Both the position numbers and the translations under genes were made by a program. Below are positions 1-12,088 of a DNA stretch of 64,000 nt, piece by piece (within the stretch, counting starts at the first letter, position 1; each line of letters opens with the position of its first letter). The notes beneath the pieces were generated by a model, which had not been told where the DNA came from, made no database searches, and was given only the letters and a program-made list of their open reading frames with translations. The stretch covers positions 15,128,001 through 15,192,000 of the forward strand of contig NC_135888.1 of NCBI RefSeq assembly GCF_964194155.1, in the 5' to 3' direction. This DNA comes from Cetorhinus maximus. Its lineage: Eukaryota.

Positions 1-340
1 TGAATTCGACTTGTTTAGGGTATCATGTTTCTTTGTCTAGGTCTTTTAAAATCTGTGTCTTACTGTCACCTTAACGAAAGTGTAACTGGGAGTTAGATTA
101 ATTAGGGGATCTAGAAGTTATCATAGTAGTAATTTGTAGGTCTATGTATGTAGTTAAAATTATTTCTCTTATTAATAAATGTTTATCTAGTTTTATAAAA
201 ACCTATAAGATTTGGTGGTCTTATTACTACTAAATTTAAGGCATGCATTCCAATGCAAATTGAAAATTAGTTGTGACAGTTGTTTCAAGTTTCCCTCTGG
301 GATTTGAGCAGCTCAGCATTTACCATCGGCTGTGTCACAA
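1..340. mobile_element. LTR-like repeat fragment, truncated by the window edge
   Basis: AT-rich segment ending ...ctgtgtcacaa that resembles the 3' end of shark LTR-type repeats; recognised by eye only. Confidence 0.25.
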
Positions 341-349
341 TAATACTTC

Positions 350-460
350 AGAAAGCAACGACAAACCACTGCAGTTCTTTGCCAAGCATAATCATGGACC
401 AATCCAACGGAAGTACATGGTCACCAACACCCTCTTAGGGCATGGGACCTGAAGGAGGAA
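350..460 (+). mobile_element. SINE 3' tail fragment
   Basis: cactgcagt.ctttgccaagcataa.catggaccaa...ctcttagg.catgg.acctgaag matches the tail of the SINE at 26705-27010. Confidence 0.5.
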
Positions 461-3400
461 GATGGGGGCCTGGGTGGCTGAAGGCACAGCCTTCAATGAC
501 AGGGCTGAGGAAGCATGGCTGCACAAGAGGCCGCAGAGTCAAAGGAACAGAATGTTTGGTGAGTGGCAGGGAAGAGTGGGAGTGGGTTGAAGTGCCGGGG
601 AACGCTATACTCCAGGAGTAATTATTCTGCTTTCAAGTTAAAAAGACAGATTCCCTCTTTGCCTAGTCCTCAAAAGCTGTGAGAGAAATAGACCACTAGC
701 TTACCAATTTTTCTTCTTTCCACTGCAGATGTTTTACACCTACTCTTAAGTGGTAAGAAAAACCCCTGTATCTGGGAAATCAATATGTTACTTGTCCATG
801 GCTTGCTGTGCTGCTGCATTACCAAGACATCCAAATCCAACAGTACTGTTCATACACAAATCTTTAATTTATAGCAGAACGGACTATATAAATCCATATC
901 ACTTGGGGACATTATATCAGTTCGGGTTTAAAGTTGCAGACACACAAAAAACTAGAACAAAAAAACTCACTATGACTTTTTCAGATACCACTTGCAACAT
1001 TTAACTGACAGTATAGTTACTTCAAATTTCCATCTAAATATGACTCATTTACCTTATTAAGCAATCTGTCAAATATTCTGGTGAGTAGAAACTGCTTAGA
1101 AAATGGAGATCCGATATGAAGTTTGATTCATTAATACAGCTGAAGATGGAGATCACTTCTTTGCAAGATACTAACTAATGCTGCAACTTCAGTCAGCTGT
1201 GTCTGTACTTTTTGCTCCTTAACTTGATATCTTTTCTCAAGGTTCCTCAGCCTATACCTTGTGTAATGAGTCAAGTCCGACTACTGGTGTCTGCAGCTCC
1301 AATGTTCTCTGTGTTTACACAAAACACAGAGCACAGGAACAGAACTCAGCTGACTTCATAAACCATTCAAATTGTGCTCTTATGGTTTAGAGTTTCCTCT
1401 AACTACTTGACTGCCCCATATCTTCATCATAAGCAGTCATTATTCTCATCTTGCGGAGAAGAACTTTTATTCAAGTCCCACTTGTTTCCTATTAATCCGC
1501 ATGTTAAGCAAGCAAAGCTATGTCATAAGAATATTGTGCTTAACTATAGGCAAAAAATGAAGTTCTCATAGGGGAATTTTGTTATATACGTAAATTATTT
1601 CTACATTCTGATTTTGATCCTTACATGGTTAATTACGGTTTAGTAATACACAAAGCTCGTTATATGTTTTTCACTAGTTATAACATTTTTCTTTTCTGTC
1701 CAGTATAGTATTTACACTTTTATTTCACTCACAGTATTGCTGGTTGTTATCTGTACTCAGATGCTCTATGTAACAGGCAGACAGCCCTCTGTGCTTGATC
1801 CCCACCAACTCTGGGCACCTTGTACTTTCTCAGCGCCATAGGAGCAGTTGCTGTCACTGAAATTTTAGAAAACAGAATTCATTAGAAAGCTAAGTTACTT
1901 ATCGATGTAGATAGTAAAGTACTTGGTGAAAGTTTATCTGACCATCAGTGGATCTCCATAGAAGTCTGTATTTTATCTCAATCCCAGCTATAAGCAACTC
2001 TCCCCACTCCAGTATTTTATTCGTTATTCATGTTCATTAAAGCTCTGTTAGATTTTTTAAAAATACAATCTCAGAATAGTGCAAACTGTAAACCATTCTA
2101 AAATAGTTTTGCTACTACTGAAATTCACCCCCACGTACACAACATAGCTGGTGTGATACTATACAAGCAGAACAAAGGAGCAACACACTGTGACAGCTGC
2201 TCCTATTTTGTACTTCACAGCAAGGTATTTCTGTCTCCTGGCCATCTCAAAATTTATGTCAGCAGAATTATTTATACTTGAGAAAAGCAAACCTGTAAGA
2301 GATAATGTCAGGACAGTTTCCACTTGTAAAATATACTAACGTATATGGAAGTTTCCACGCCAATTTCTTCCTGGAATCTTCCATTTGAAATTCACAATGT
2401 TTTTTTATTGTCAAACTGACACTTTGATCTCTCATTGCCTTATTTATATGTAACTAGATTATAAAAGCCAATGTATAAGTCATACCTTTCCAAAAATAAC
2501 CTGCAATTTTAAAATTGTACAGCAAACTATTTCTCACAATAGTGCAAACCATCCTCCAGCTCATAAATCATAAAATGTGATGAGCCTGGTAAAGTGGTTA
2601 TCTACATAAACTACAGGATTATATGAACTTATGTCCTGAATATTTATCATGCCAGTTTAAGAACCCAAAAACATACAAGAATGAAAAATGGACCATCTCC
2701 CACCCCATGTTGTTGATTGTACAGGTATTAATTAAATTTATTGAAAGTCAGACAATCAGGCAAAGGAAAGTTAATCTATCGCCTTTTTCCATAAAAATCA
2801 CACATTAGACATAACTTAAATCTACAAAACCTGACAAACCTTCCAAAAATTAATTGGTGCGTGAAATAATTGATGGCATGCATTCTTACAATGAATTTAT
2901 GGTTCTGCTGTAAATCAGTGGAATACATGCTGAATCAGCAGACATCAATTCAAAAACAGAAGTCAAGCTCCAACCCAGACTGACATTGTTTTAATTCTTT
3001 CCCTCCCAGAAACTAGAAGGGCAAACATCTCATGGGAACTCACAATTCTACGCTATTCCAATGGCTCAGTCTTAATGTTTTTGTTTGAGCTAAAAGACCA
3101 GAAAGCTTCCAGATTCTCTCTCTAGTCTGCTTCAATTTTGCGCTCAGCTACAGCGTTGAAATTGGCCACAGAAGACAAGATACAGGGAAGAGAAAAATCC
3201 AATTGTTACTGATGTACACTGACACTTACTAGAAGTGTAACAGGTGAGGACAGGATTTGGCTTGGTTGTAAAGATCCTACATGGACAAGATATCAGAAAT
3301 CAATTGCTGCCTTTGGAATTGTACTCTAGTTGTGTAATCAACACTTTCAGGAGAGGAGGGATGGGACGAAAATAAAAACTAAAGTACCTATTTATGTATG

Positions 3401-5709
3401 TAACTTCATTTCATTACCATAAAGCCATAGTCCACACATGAATAGTTCTGCAATATTGCAAAGCATAGTACAAGATAATTGTGTTTATGAAGAAAGTCAT
3501 TTGATGCATCTCCATCCACCCACAAACACCCCATATCCTTGCAATTTTCGCCAGCTTCCCTCACTGTCCCATATCTTGTTGCTATTAGCAAAACATTAGC
3601 CTAGATTTCTCAATTAGTGTTAATGTTAGTGGTAGCCACTTAAAAAGAATGGGGTAGTTGGAATTAAAATACTACCAAAGGGAAAGCCTACAATAACCTC
3701 AATGCTACCTGAAGAATGTGTGTGTCTGTGTGCGTGCACATGTGTATGGGGGGGTGTTGGTGTGGTGCTGCCAAACTAGAGACAGGTAGATCTCCTTGGG
3801 GTTGAGATGGCTCCAACATTACACTCCTGACAATGGAACACTGGAATGGGAGTCAACCATTCACACTTGGCAATTTGTTAACAGAATTAGGCAGATCTGC
3901 AGTGTTCGACTGCACCGCTGATGAAACAGTGAGCTTGGCTCATTAGTGGAACTTGGAAGGGTGTATACCCATCGTGGAGGCTTGGCTACTTCCTACTCGG
4001 CTTCAGGATATCTTGCAAGCTAATGGCCTGACAGGTACGCTAGGTTTGGCTGCATAATCATCCACAAGCTCACTTGTGCTCTGTGCATGTCTTTAGCTGG
4101 TTAAAATCCAGCAGTATCCCTGTGCATACTTATGTCTCTGTTCTTACTAACCAACTGGTGCCTAAACTTTGAGGTTGGGTAATTGGGATGCACTTGATAT
4201 CAGAAAAGAGACTGTTTGAGTGGCTTAGTTTGAAAGCTCTTAAGTACATATTGTTTTTTTTGTGTGTTTTAGATATCTGGCTGACCGAAAAAAAAAACAC
4301 TCTATGAAAGGATAGGCAAAAGTGGAAGGGATTCCAAGACACAACATTGTAGCTGCAACATTCTTATGCTGGTACATAAATATCAATAAGGTTTATAATC
4401 AACATCATTCTGTTTACACACTCTTTGTGCAGTGTCAGAGATGTGTTTATGATCATGGCCTAGGCTCTCAATCATGAAATTATTGAAGGTCAATGTTTCC
4501 AAGTTCTACAAGGGAGTAAGAAATGGGAATAAAACATGTTGCAAGATTGGCAAACAATGGAGCTGACGATTATACTTTAAAGAATCCTATATCTATATAG
4601 AATTTCAAACTAAACAAACATAACTAGAATGATTAAGTACTGTGAAGACCTATACTCATCACAGTTGTGTAGTCAGCACTTGTATTGCTCCAGTTTTTCA
4701 TAACAGTTTAAAATTACATTAGGATAGGAAAGGAAGAAAACAGAAGTTCAGTGACTCCTGTAATTTGGAAATGAATACCCTTCAAGTAAAGGTTTTTGGA
4801 AAGGGTAGGTCATAGTTGCATTGAATGGTTCACAATTGCCACACTATGTCAATTCTCAACCCTCCTGCCATTCCCACCATCAATCCTTGAGGAAAACAAA
4901 AAGTACCTTCTCCAAATTACACATTCAACATATGGTGTACCTGTAGAAACCTTTGATGCATATTATACCTGTCGCACCTTCTAGGCTGCTCTTAGATTTA
5001 ATTATTAAGTTCATAAAATTATTTACATTTGGTGGCAGTTACTTATGTGCCTGGCAAGTTCAACATCAGTAGAATTACAAATAGATTTACAAACTCAGAA
5101 CAAAAACAAACAGATTAGAAGTGGAAAAGTAGAAAAATAGGCAGTTTTTTTTAAGAAAGTCAATAAAAAGGGCCAATTTAAACCTTGTTCTATAGTTTTT
5201 CAGCTTTTCAATAAATCTTCATTATCTTTACAGCAGCTCTCACAGGTTTAACAAAGTACATTTTCTTCGAATCTCATGTACCTATTTTAAGCTACATTCC
5301 TCAGCTCTTCTTACTCAACATGAACACCTGCACCATGTTTAAGTTGATGAGCTGTCTACAAGCCTGTTACTTTTAAATTGCCTTCTGGGTAAACTCTCAG
5401 ATTTGCTCCTTTAATATGGGGAAAATGTTCCATCATAAAAGATGTAGCTGAACCTGGGGACACATCACACAGGGATTTACAGCCATGAACCTCCATTGTA
5501 TCACATTGTCACTGTTCTGCTAGCATCCATCACCACATGCTTTGTTGGATTATATTGTTGAAAAGGAAAATTGCTCCTTTTAGCTCAGTGGTGTATTTCA
5601 CTGGTCTATTAGCCGACTGTTCCACACGACAGGAGGATACAGGTTTACCCCCACCACTCATCACATGCTGAACTCTACACTTGTTCCTAAGCCATTGTTA
5701 AAAAGGTTA

Positions 5710-6526
5710 TGCAGCAAGACCTGGACAGTATCCAGGCTTGGGCTAACAAGTGGCAAGTAACATTCGTGCCACACAAGTGTCAGGCAATGACCATCTCCAA
5801 AAAAGAGAATCCAACCATTGCCTCTTGATGTTCAATGACATTACCATCACTGAATCCCCCACTATCAACATATTGGGGGTTATCATTGACCAGAAACTGA
5901 CCTGGACTAGCCATATAAATACTGTGGCTACAAGAGCAGGTCCGAGGCTAGGAATCGTGCGACGAGTAACCCACCTCCTGACTCCCCAAAGCCTGTCCAC
6001 CATCTACTAGACACAAGTCAGGAGTGTGATGGAATACTCTCCACTTGTCTGGATGAGTGCAGTTCCCACAACACTCAAGAAACTTGACACCACCCAGGAC
6101 AAAGCAGCCTGCTTGATTGGCACCACATCCACAAACATTCACTCCCTCCACCACCGACGCACAGTAGCAGCAGTACCATCTACAAGATGCACTGCAGGAA
6201 TTCACTAAGGCTCCCTCGACGGCACCCTCCAAACCCACAACACTGCTATCTAGAAGGACAAGAACAGCAGATAGATGGGAACACCACCATTTGGAAGTTC
6301 CCCTCCAAGTTACTCGCCTTCCTGACTTGGAACCATATCGACGTTCCTTCAGTATCGCTGGGTCAAAATCCTGGAACTCCCTTCCTAACAGCACTGTGGG
6401 TGTACCTACACCACATGGACTGCAGTGGTTCAAGAAGGAAGCTCACCACCACCTTCTCAAGAGCAACTAGGGATGGGCAATAAATCCCAGCCAGCAAAGC
6501 CTACATCCCATGAATGAATAAAAAAA
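5710..6526 (+). mobile_element. 5'-truncated HER1-like (CR1-group) LINE, RT C-terminus plus 3' UTR
   Basis: ORF fragments ITESPTINILGVIIDQKLTWTSHINTVATRAG and MEYSPLVWMSAVPTTLKKLD; 3' tail gggatgggcaataaat...cccatgaatgaat followed by an A-run; same family at 32170 and 33523. Confidence 0.85.
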
Positions 6527-6682
6527 ATGTTTCACAAGAGGATTTTCAAAGGTCTCCTTCGGTTATGAAACAGCAACTGTTTGCACAGTACCAAAAGTGG
6601 ATAGCCTACCTGCTCTACTGTGACGATGGTATAGACTGAAACAACCCCAAATGTACAGGAAGAAAAATAACATCACCTAAGA

Positions 6683-7028
6683 GGAGATGGTGGTGTAGTG
6701 GTAATTTCACTGGACCCTAGGCTAATGCTCTGGGAACATGGGTTCAAATCCCACCATGAAAGCTGGTGGAATTTGAATTCAATTAATAAAATCTAGAATT
6801 GAAATTGATTGTTATAAAAAAACCATCTGGTTCACTAATGTCCTTCAAGGAAGGAAATCTGCCATCCTTACCTGGTCTGGCCTATATGTGACTCCAGACC
6901 CACAGCCATGTGGTTGATTCTTAACTGCCCTATGAAATGGCCTAGCAAGTCACTCAGTTCAAGGGCAATTAGGGATGGGCAACAAATGCTGGCCTTGCCA
7001 GCGATGCCCACGTTCCATAAAAAAAAAT
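6683..7028 (+). mobile_element. tRNA-derived SINE (HE1-like) sharing its 3' tail with the HER1-like LINE
   Basis: A-box-like tggtgtagtgg, B-box ggttcaaatccc, tail gcaattagggatgggcaacaaatgctggcc; copies at 22429 and 53492. Confidence 0.8.
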
Positions 7029-7427
7029 CCAGAAAAGCTTTACAGCAAGTCAAAATATTTTTTTTTTAAATTACTGCTGAATTAATATAATTAAAAACTA
7101 TAAACAACGTAAAAGAACAGGATGGGTAGTTGCAACGCCTTAAATGCTATTAGACCTTTGGCTCCCAAGTTTGTCGTCAGATTCACTACAAACCACATTG
7201 TAGAACAATTGCACGCACAAATCTTGGCAATGGACTGCAACACAATAGGAAGAGTCTAGCAAGTTGATGAGAAGTTTTCAATGGAACTTCCTTTGATATC
7301 AGACAGTATGACTGCTAGTTGGCTCCAATCTCCACAATTCTTTCAGTGTCCTAATCCCAATGCACAGCTAAGTTTTAACTTTCAATTTAGAACAGGGACA
7401 TTTTTAAAGTGTGTCTGTGGACCTTAC

Positions 7428-7483
7428 CTTGAACTTATTGTTCTCTGATCTCTTGCACAATAGAGGCACTGTGGCCTCCATGT
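7428..7483 (-). other. candidate 56-nt leader exon of the minus-strand gene
   Basis: minus strand reads tttccatttggttgtggctgcag|ACATGGAG...TTCAAG|gtaagg. Confidence 0.35.
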
Positions 7484-8179
7484 CTGCAGCCACAACCAAA
7501 TGGAAATTTTAGATGAGTTAAAAATAGTTTGCTTTTATAAAAATGATGTGTTGGCTATGTATATATTGTCATGGAAAATGAAATGACAGCCCTCATTCAG
7601 TATTGCTTCTAGCAAATTGGTTCCAATACACCAAAGTTAAAAAAATATTTAAACCAAGACACTTTGTTCATCACCTCAAACTGCTGCAACTAGTAGCAGA
7701 CCTATAACTGATAGTATTGCATCCTTCCTCAAAATATACTCCTTTGACACAATGCAAGTTCTCAACGACAGAAGTCTATAAGCCAAGAGTACAAGCTTTG
7801 TGCTTTTCTTAATTTAAGTGGGCACGCCAAGGAACCGGCTTTGCTCAAATGACATTTTCACAGAAAAATTTTATTCAGCATTCAGTAATTGCACAATTTC
7901 CTTTTATTAGTATTTACTTGTTTGTCTTGTCCTCATGTCTGGGCTGAGGGTATTCCTGTACCAAATGACTGAGACTAAAGTCTCAGGTCCAATTATCTGT
8001 CAATTGTAATCATTCAGTGATAATGGCAGAAAGTATAGGTCCCACTGTAACGAAAAAATTTTACACAACCATATTGTTTTACTAAAATTGAAATTTTACT
8101 GAGCAACTTTCTTCCCCCAATTATTCCAGTCTTGCTACTGCAAGATGAGGGTGCAATAAGAGTATGAAAATGAACTTAC

Positions 8180-8221
8180 CCGTTTCAGTTCCTGTATTAA
8201 TTTGTAAAGGACTTTTATTTC
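8180..8221 (-). other. candidate 42-nt leader exon of the minus-strand gene
   Basis: minus strand reads tttttcatatttttgtactttaaag|GAAATA...AAACGG|gtaagt; long pyrimidine tract and consensus donor. Confidence 0.45.
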
Positions 8222-9074
8222 CTTTAAAGTACAAAAATATGAAAAATTGACAGCACTTAATTTTCTCCGAGAATATCACATCAGCTTTTTTGACAAAAGC
8301 AAAACCAAGAAATCATCAAAAATTGACCAGTAATTCAAGTTGCAGCATGATGACTTTTAAGGTCGAAACCAGCTTCTAGATGACTGAACTTACCTGCACT
8401 GCAACCCCATACATTGTCAATGATTATGAGCCAGCTAACCACAACCAGCTAACAACACTCCACAGCCAGCTGTGCTTTGGCCACCCGATAAGATATACTA
8501 GCTTCCCAGCTTTCAACTCATGAACATGAGTTCCATCAATTCTCAGCTGAGTCACTGGACAGCTTCTTAATGATGGCTTCTGCCAATACAGAGATGAACT
8601 TTCCAGCCTTGCTAAACAATCTCTTTCCTGTGGTGAAGGTCACAGCCCACCCACATTCCAGTTTAAGAAATAAAACTGTGTGGCGGGGAATAGCAACCCA
8701 TCACCAAATTACAGATAGACATGGCAATAACCTGAAGATGAATCGATCATGGGATTATTAACAGTTGAGCTTGATCTCGTACTCACCACATGTCCACAGA
8801 CAAAAGCACTTGCAAAAGGGACTGCTGGACAGCAATTAGCAGAATATATCTGGCCATTTTCTACTCCCCAAACCAGCATATTGAAAAGTATCACACACAC
8901 AGTCACCTCATTGCGACTAAGTAACTTAGTAAAGACTAGTGATCAGCACAACAGGTAGTACAATTATCTACTGAGCTATTGGCATTTCTGTCTTTCTGAT
9001 ACCGGACTCTAAATTTTCCAAATTCTGTACGTTTTTAAATTTGATCAACTACCATCTCTGAGTATATGATGATA

Positions 9075-9590
9075 TAAACAACTTATATTTTATATAGTGC
9101 CTTTAGTGTAATGAAACATCCCAAGGCACCACAGGAGCATAATAAAACAAAGTATGACACTGAATTACATTACATCAGGTAACCAAAAATTTGATCAAAG
9201 AGGAAAATTTTAAGGTGTGTCTTAAAGGAGGAAAGCAAGGTAGAGAGGTGAAGAGGTGTAGGGAGTTAACCTAGAGCTAGGGGCACAGACAATCAAAGAC
9301 ACAGCCACCAATGGTGGAGAAATTAAAATTGGAGATGCACAGGAGGCCAGAAACAGAGGAGCACAGATATCTCAGAAGGTTGCGCTGCTGGAGGAGATTA
9401 CAGAGATAGGGAGGAGCAAGGCCAAAGAGGGATTTGAAAACAAGGGTGAGAATTTTAAAGTCAAGGTGTTGCTTGACCAGGGTTCGATGTAAGTCAGCAA
9501 GCACAGGGGTAAAAAGGGATCAGGACTTGTCATGATTCAAGACAAGTTGCAATTTAAGCAGAGTTTTAGTTGTCCTCACATTTATGGAGG
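9075..9590 (-). mobile_element. L2-clade LINE 3' fragment
   Basis: ORF 9277..9504 LADLH...QHLDFKILTLVFKSLFGLAPPYL is the typical L2 ORF2 C-terminus. Confidence 0.75.
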
Positions 9591-9924
9591 AAGAAAAAAA
9601 GTGATATCTATCAGATTGTAATAACCCAATGACAAACCAATTACTAGATGCTCCAAACATGGAGTATCAATGCCATCCCACAACCATTGATCCCCAAACT
9701 ATAGCCTCTAAATACCGCAAACATACACCAGCCCTTAGTCAATGATCCAGAGCCTGCCAACTTCAACCAAAATGCAAATCAAATCCACAGCCATCAACGC
9801 CCTGATCAACAGATAATGGATACTGATTCCCTAGCTGTCAATTCATGGACATCAGTGCCATTGTTATTAGTCAAATAGGCACCAAGGTCCCAGCTGCTGG
9901 CTCGTGGCTACCAGCCCACCACGT

Positions 9925-11412
9925 CTAGCAGACCTGGCTGCCAGCTACCCTCACCGAGCCCAGGCTGCCACCCCCCACCCCCCACAGAGCCCAGGCTGCC
10001 AGCCATTCCCAGAAGATCCAGGCTGTCCTCATGGCTAGCAGACCTGGCTGCCAGCCATCCCCATCCAGAGCCCAGGTTTGCCAGCCATTCCCAGCAGGTC
10101 CCAGGCCCCCAGCCATTCCCAGCAGGTCCCAGGCCCCCAGCCATTCCCAGCAGGTCCCAGGCCCCCAGCCATTCCCAGCAGGTCCCAGGCCCCCAGCCAT
10201 TCCCAGCAGGTCCCAGGCCCCCAGCCATTCCCAGCAGGTCCCAGGCCCCCAGCCATTCCCAGCAGGTCCCAGGCCCCCAGCCATCCCCAGCAGGTCCCAG
10301 GCCCCCAGCCGGTCCCAGGCCCCCAGCCATTCCCAGCAGGTCCCAGGCCCCCAGCCATTCCCAGCAGGTCTCAGGCCCCCAGCCATTCCCAGCAGGTCCC
10401 AGGCCCCCAGCCATCCCCAGCAGGTCCCAGGCCCCCAGCCATCCCCAGCAGGTCCCAGGCCCCCAGCCGGTCCCAGACCCCCAGCCATCCCCAGCCGGTG
10501 GCAGGCCGCCAGCAGGTCCCAGGCCGCCAGCAGGTCCCAGGCCGCCAGCCATTCCCAGCAGGTCCCAGGCCGCCAGCCATTCCCAGCAGGTCCCAGGCCC
10601 CCAGCCATCCCCAGCCGGTCCCAGGCCGCCAGCAGGTCCCAGGCCGCCAGCAGGTCCCAGGCCGCCAGCCATTCCCAGCAGGTCCCAGGCCCCCAGCCAT
10701 TCCCAGCAGGTCCCAGGCCCCCAGCCATTCCCAGCAGGTCCCAGGCCCCCAGCCATTCCCAGCAGGTCCCAGGCCGCCAGCCATCCCCAGCAGGTCCCAG
10801 GCCGCCAGCCATCCCCAGCAGGTCCCAGGCCGCCAGCCATCCCCAGCAGGTCCCAGGCCGCCAGCCATCCCCAGCAGGTCCCAGGCCGCCAGCCATCCCC
10901 AGCAGGTCCCAGGCCGCCAGCCATCCCCAGCAGGTCCCAGGCCGCCAGCCATCCCCAGCAGGTCCCAGGCCGCCAGCCATCCCCAGCAGGTCCCAGGCCG
11001 CCAGCCATCCCCAGCAGGTCCCAGGCCGCCAGCCATCCCCAGCAGGTCCCAGGCCGCCAGCCATCCCCAGCAGGTCCCAGGCCGCCAGCCATCCCCAGCA
11101 GGTCCCAGGCCGCCAGCCATCCCCAGCAGGTCCCAGGCCGCCAGCCATTCCCAGCAGGTCCCAGGCCGCCAGTCATTCCCAGGCTGCCAGCCATTCCCAG
11201 GCTGCCAGCCATTCCCAGCAGATCCCAGGCTGCCAGCCATTCCCAGCAGGTCCCAGACTGCCAGCCATTCCCAGCAGATCCCAGGCTGCCAGCCATTCCC
11301 AGCAGATCCCAGGCTGCCAGCCATTCCCAGCAGATCCCAGGCTGCCAGCCATTCCCAGCAGGTCCCAGGCTGCCAGTCATTCCCAGTAGATCTCAGGCTG
11401 CCAGCCATTCCC
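9925..11412. repeat. 28-bp GC-rich minisatellite (AGCCATTCCCAGCAGGTCCCAGGCCCCC and variants) with interspersed 18-bp sub-units
   Basis: agccattc recurs at 10083, 10111 and onward (period 28); the unit is stop-free, so all six frames give 28-aa repeats. Confidence 0.95.
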
Positions 11413-11511
11413 ACACTGTTGAGGTGTAAAAGCCAAGTTAGATGCCGGTAACATTGAGCCAGGGCAGCTCATTGACTGAAACACAAACAGAACCGCGCAG
11501 TCCAAGCTCAC

Positions 11512-11660
11512 CTCCCGGGCACCAGCAGCGGGCCCCACTCCGCGGGGGTCCTTTACGCTGCCAGCTCCTCTCCGGGGTTATTTTGCGTTTGGTGGGGTTT
11601 GGGAGTATTCTCCCCTCTGGCACAAACATTCCCCCCACCCGACCACCACCGCCCCGGCGG
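11512..11660 (-). other. first exon of a divergently transcribed gene (probably LRRC8A by synteny; TSS approximate)
   Basis: minus-strand donor GGGAG|gtgagc at 11511 at the island edge; KYAT1 and LRRC8A are head-to-head in human; no LRRC8A coding sequence seen, so identity is inference. Confidence 0.55.
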
Positions 11661-11949
11661 AAGTGGCGTCACACGCAGGCCGGAAAAAGGTAACGATGTC
11701 CGCTGATTGGAAAAAATTCGCCGGGCGGAGAACTTGCGCCAAAATTTGAACGGGGTAAACAAGTCGCGCCGATCGGCCGTTTCCTTAAATCAAAAACTCA
11801 TCAAGTACCTTTGACGCGAGGGAGGAGCGGCGGGCCGGTGCCATTTTTGCCTGGGGAGGCGGGTGTGCTCCCCTTATTTGGGTCCGTGCTGGGCGCACGG
11901 CTGGATAAAGCGTCCGTGTGTTCCCACGGGCGGAGGGGGCACGCCCTTG

Positions 11950-12088
11950 CGAGCGGCGTCACACTGCGGCTTCTTGTCGAGCTCGGGGGGGGTGGTGAAG
12001 GCGGCCGCAGCAGCAGCAGCAGCAACAACAACAACAATAACTGTCGAGCCCGATTTCCGGTGTGGTGAGATAAGGGCTGCCGTGGCTA
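11950..12088 (+). other. KYAT1: putative non-coding exon 1 of KYAT1 (TSS approximate)
   Basis: donor gtaagt at 12089 (overlapping alternative gtaagg at 12093) at the right edge of the CpG island. Confidence 0.55.
12008..12040 (+). repeat. (CAG)5(CAA)5TAA trinucleotide tract
   Basis: read directly from the sequence. Confidence 0.9.

Noticed and set aside
6683-6760. tRNA gene
   Set aside because: A and B boxes belong to SINE heads followed by SINE body and tail; no full cloverleaf
8388-8400. Additional minus-strand donor CAG|gtaagt
   Set aside because: No convincing acceptor found upstream at exon distance
10081-11412. CRISPR-like or Ig switch-like array
   Set aside because: Units are contiguous with no unique spacers, the context is eukaryotic, and no cas or Ig exons are nearby
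9908-11451. Six long ORFs of 107-490 aa with 28-aa repeats on both strands
   Set aside because: Artefact of a stop-free 28-bp tandem repeat; the same peptide appears in every frame of each strand
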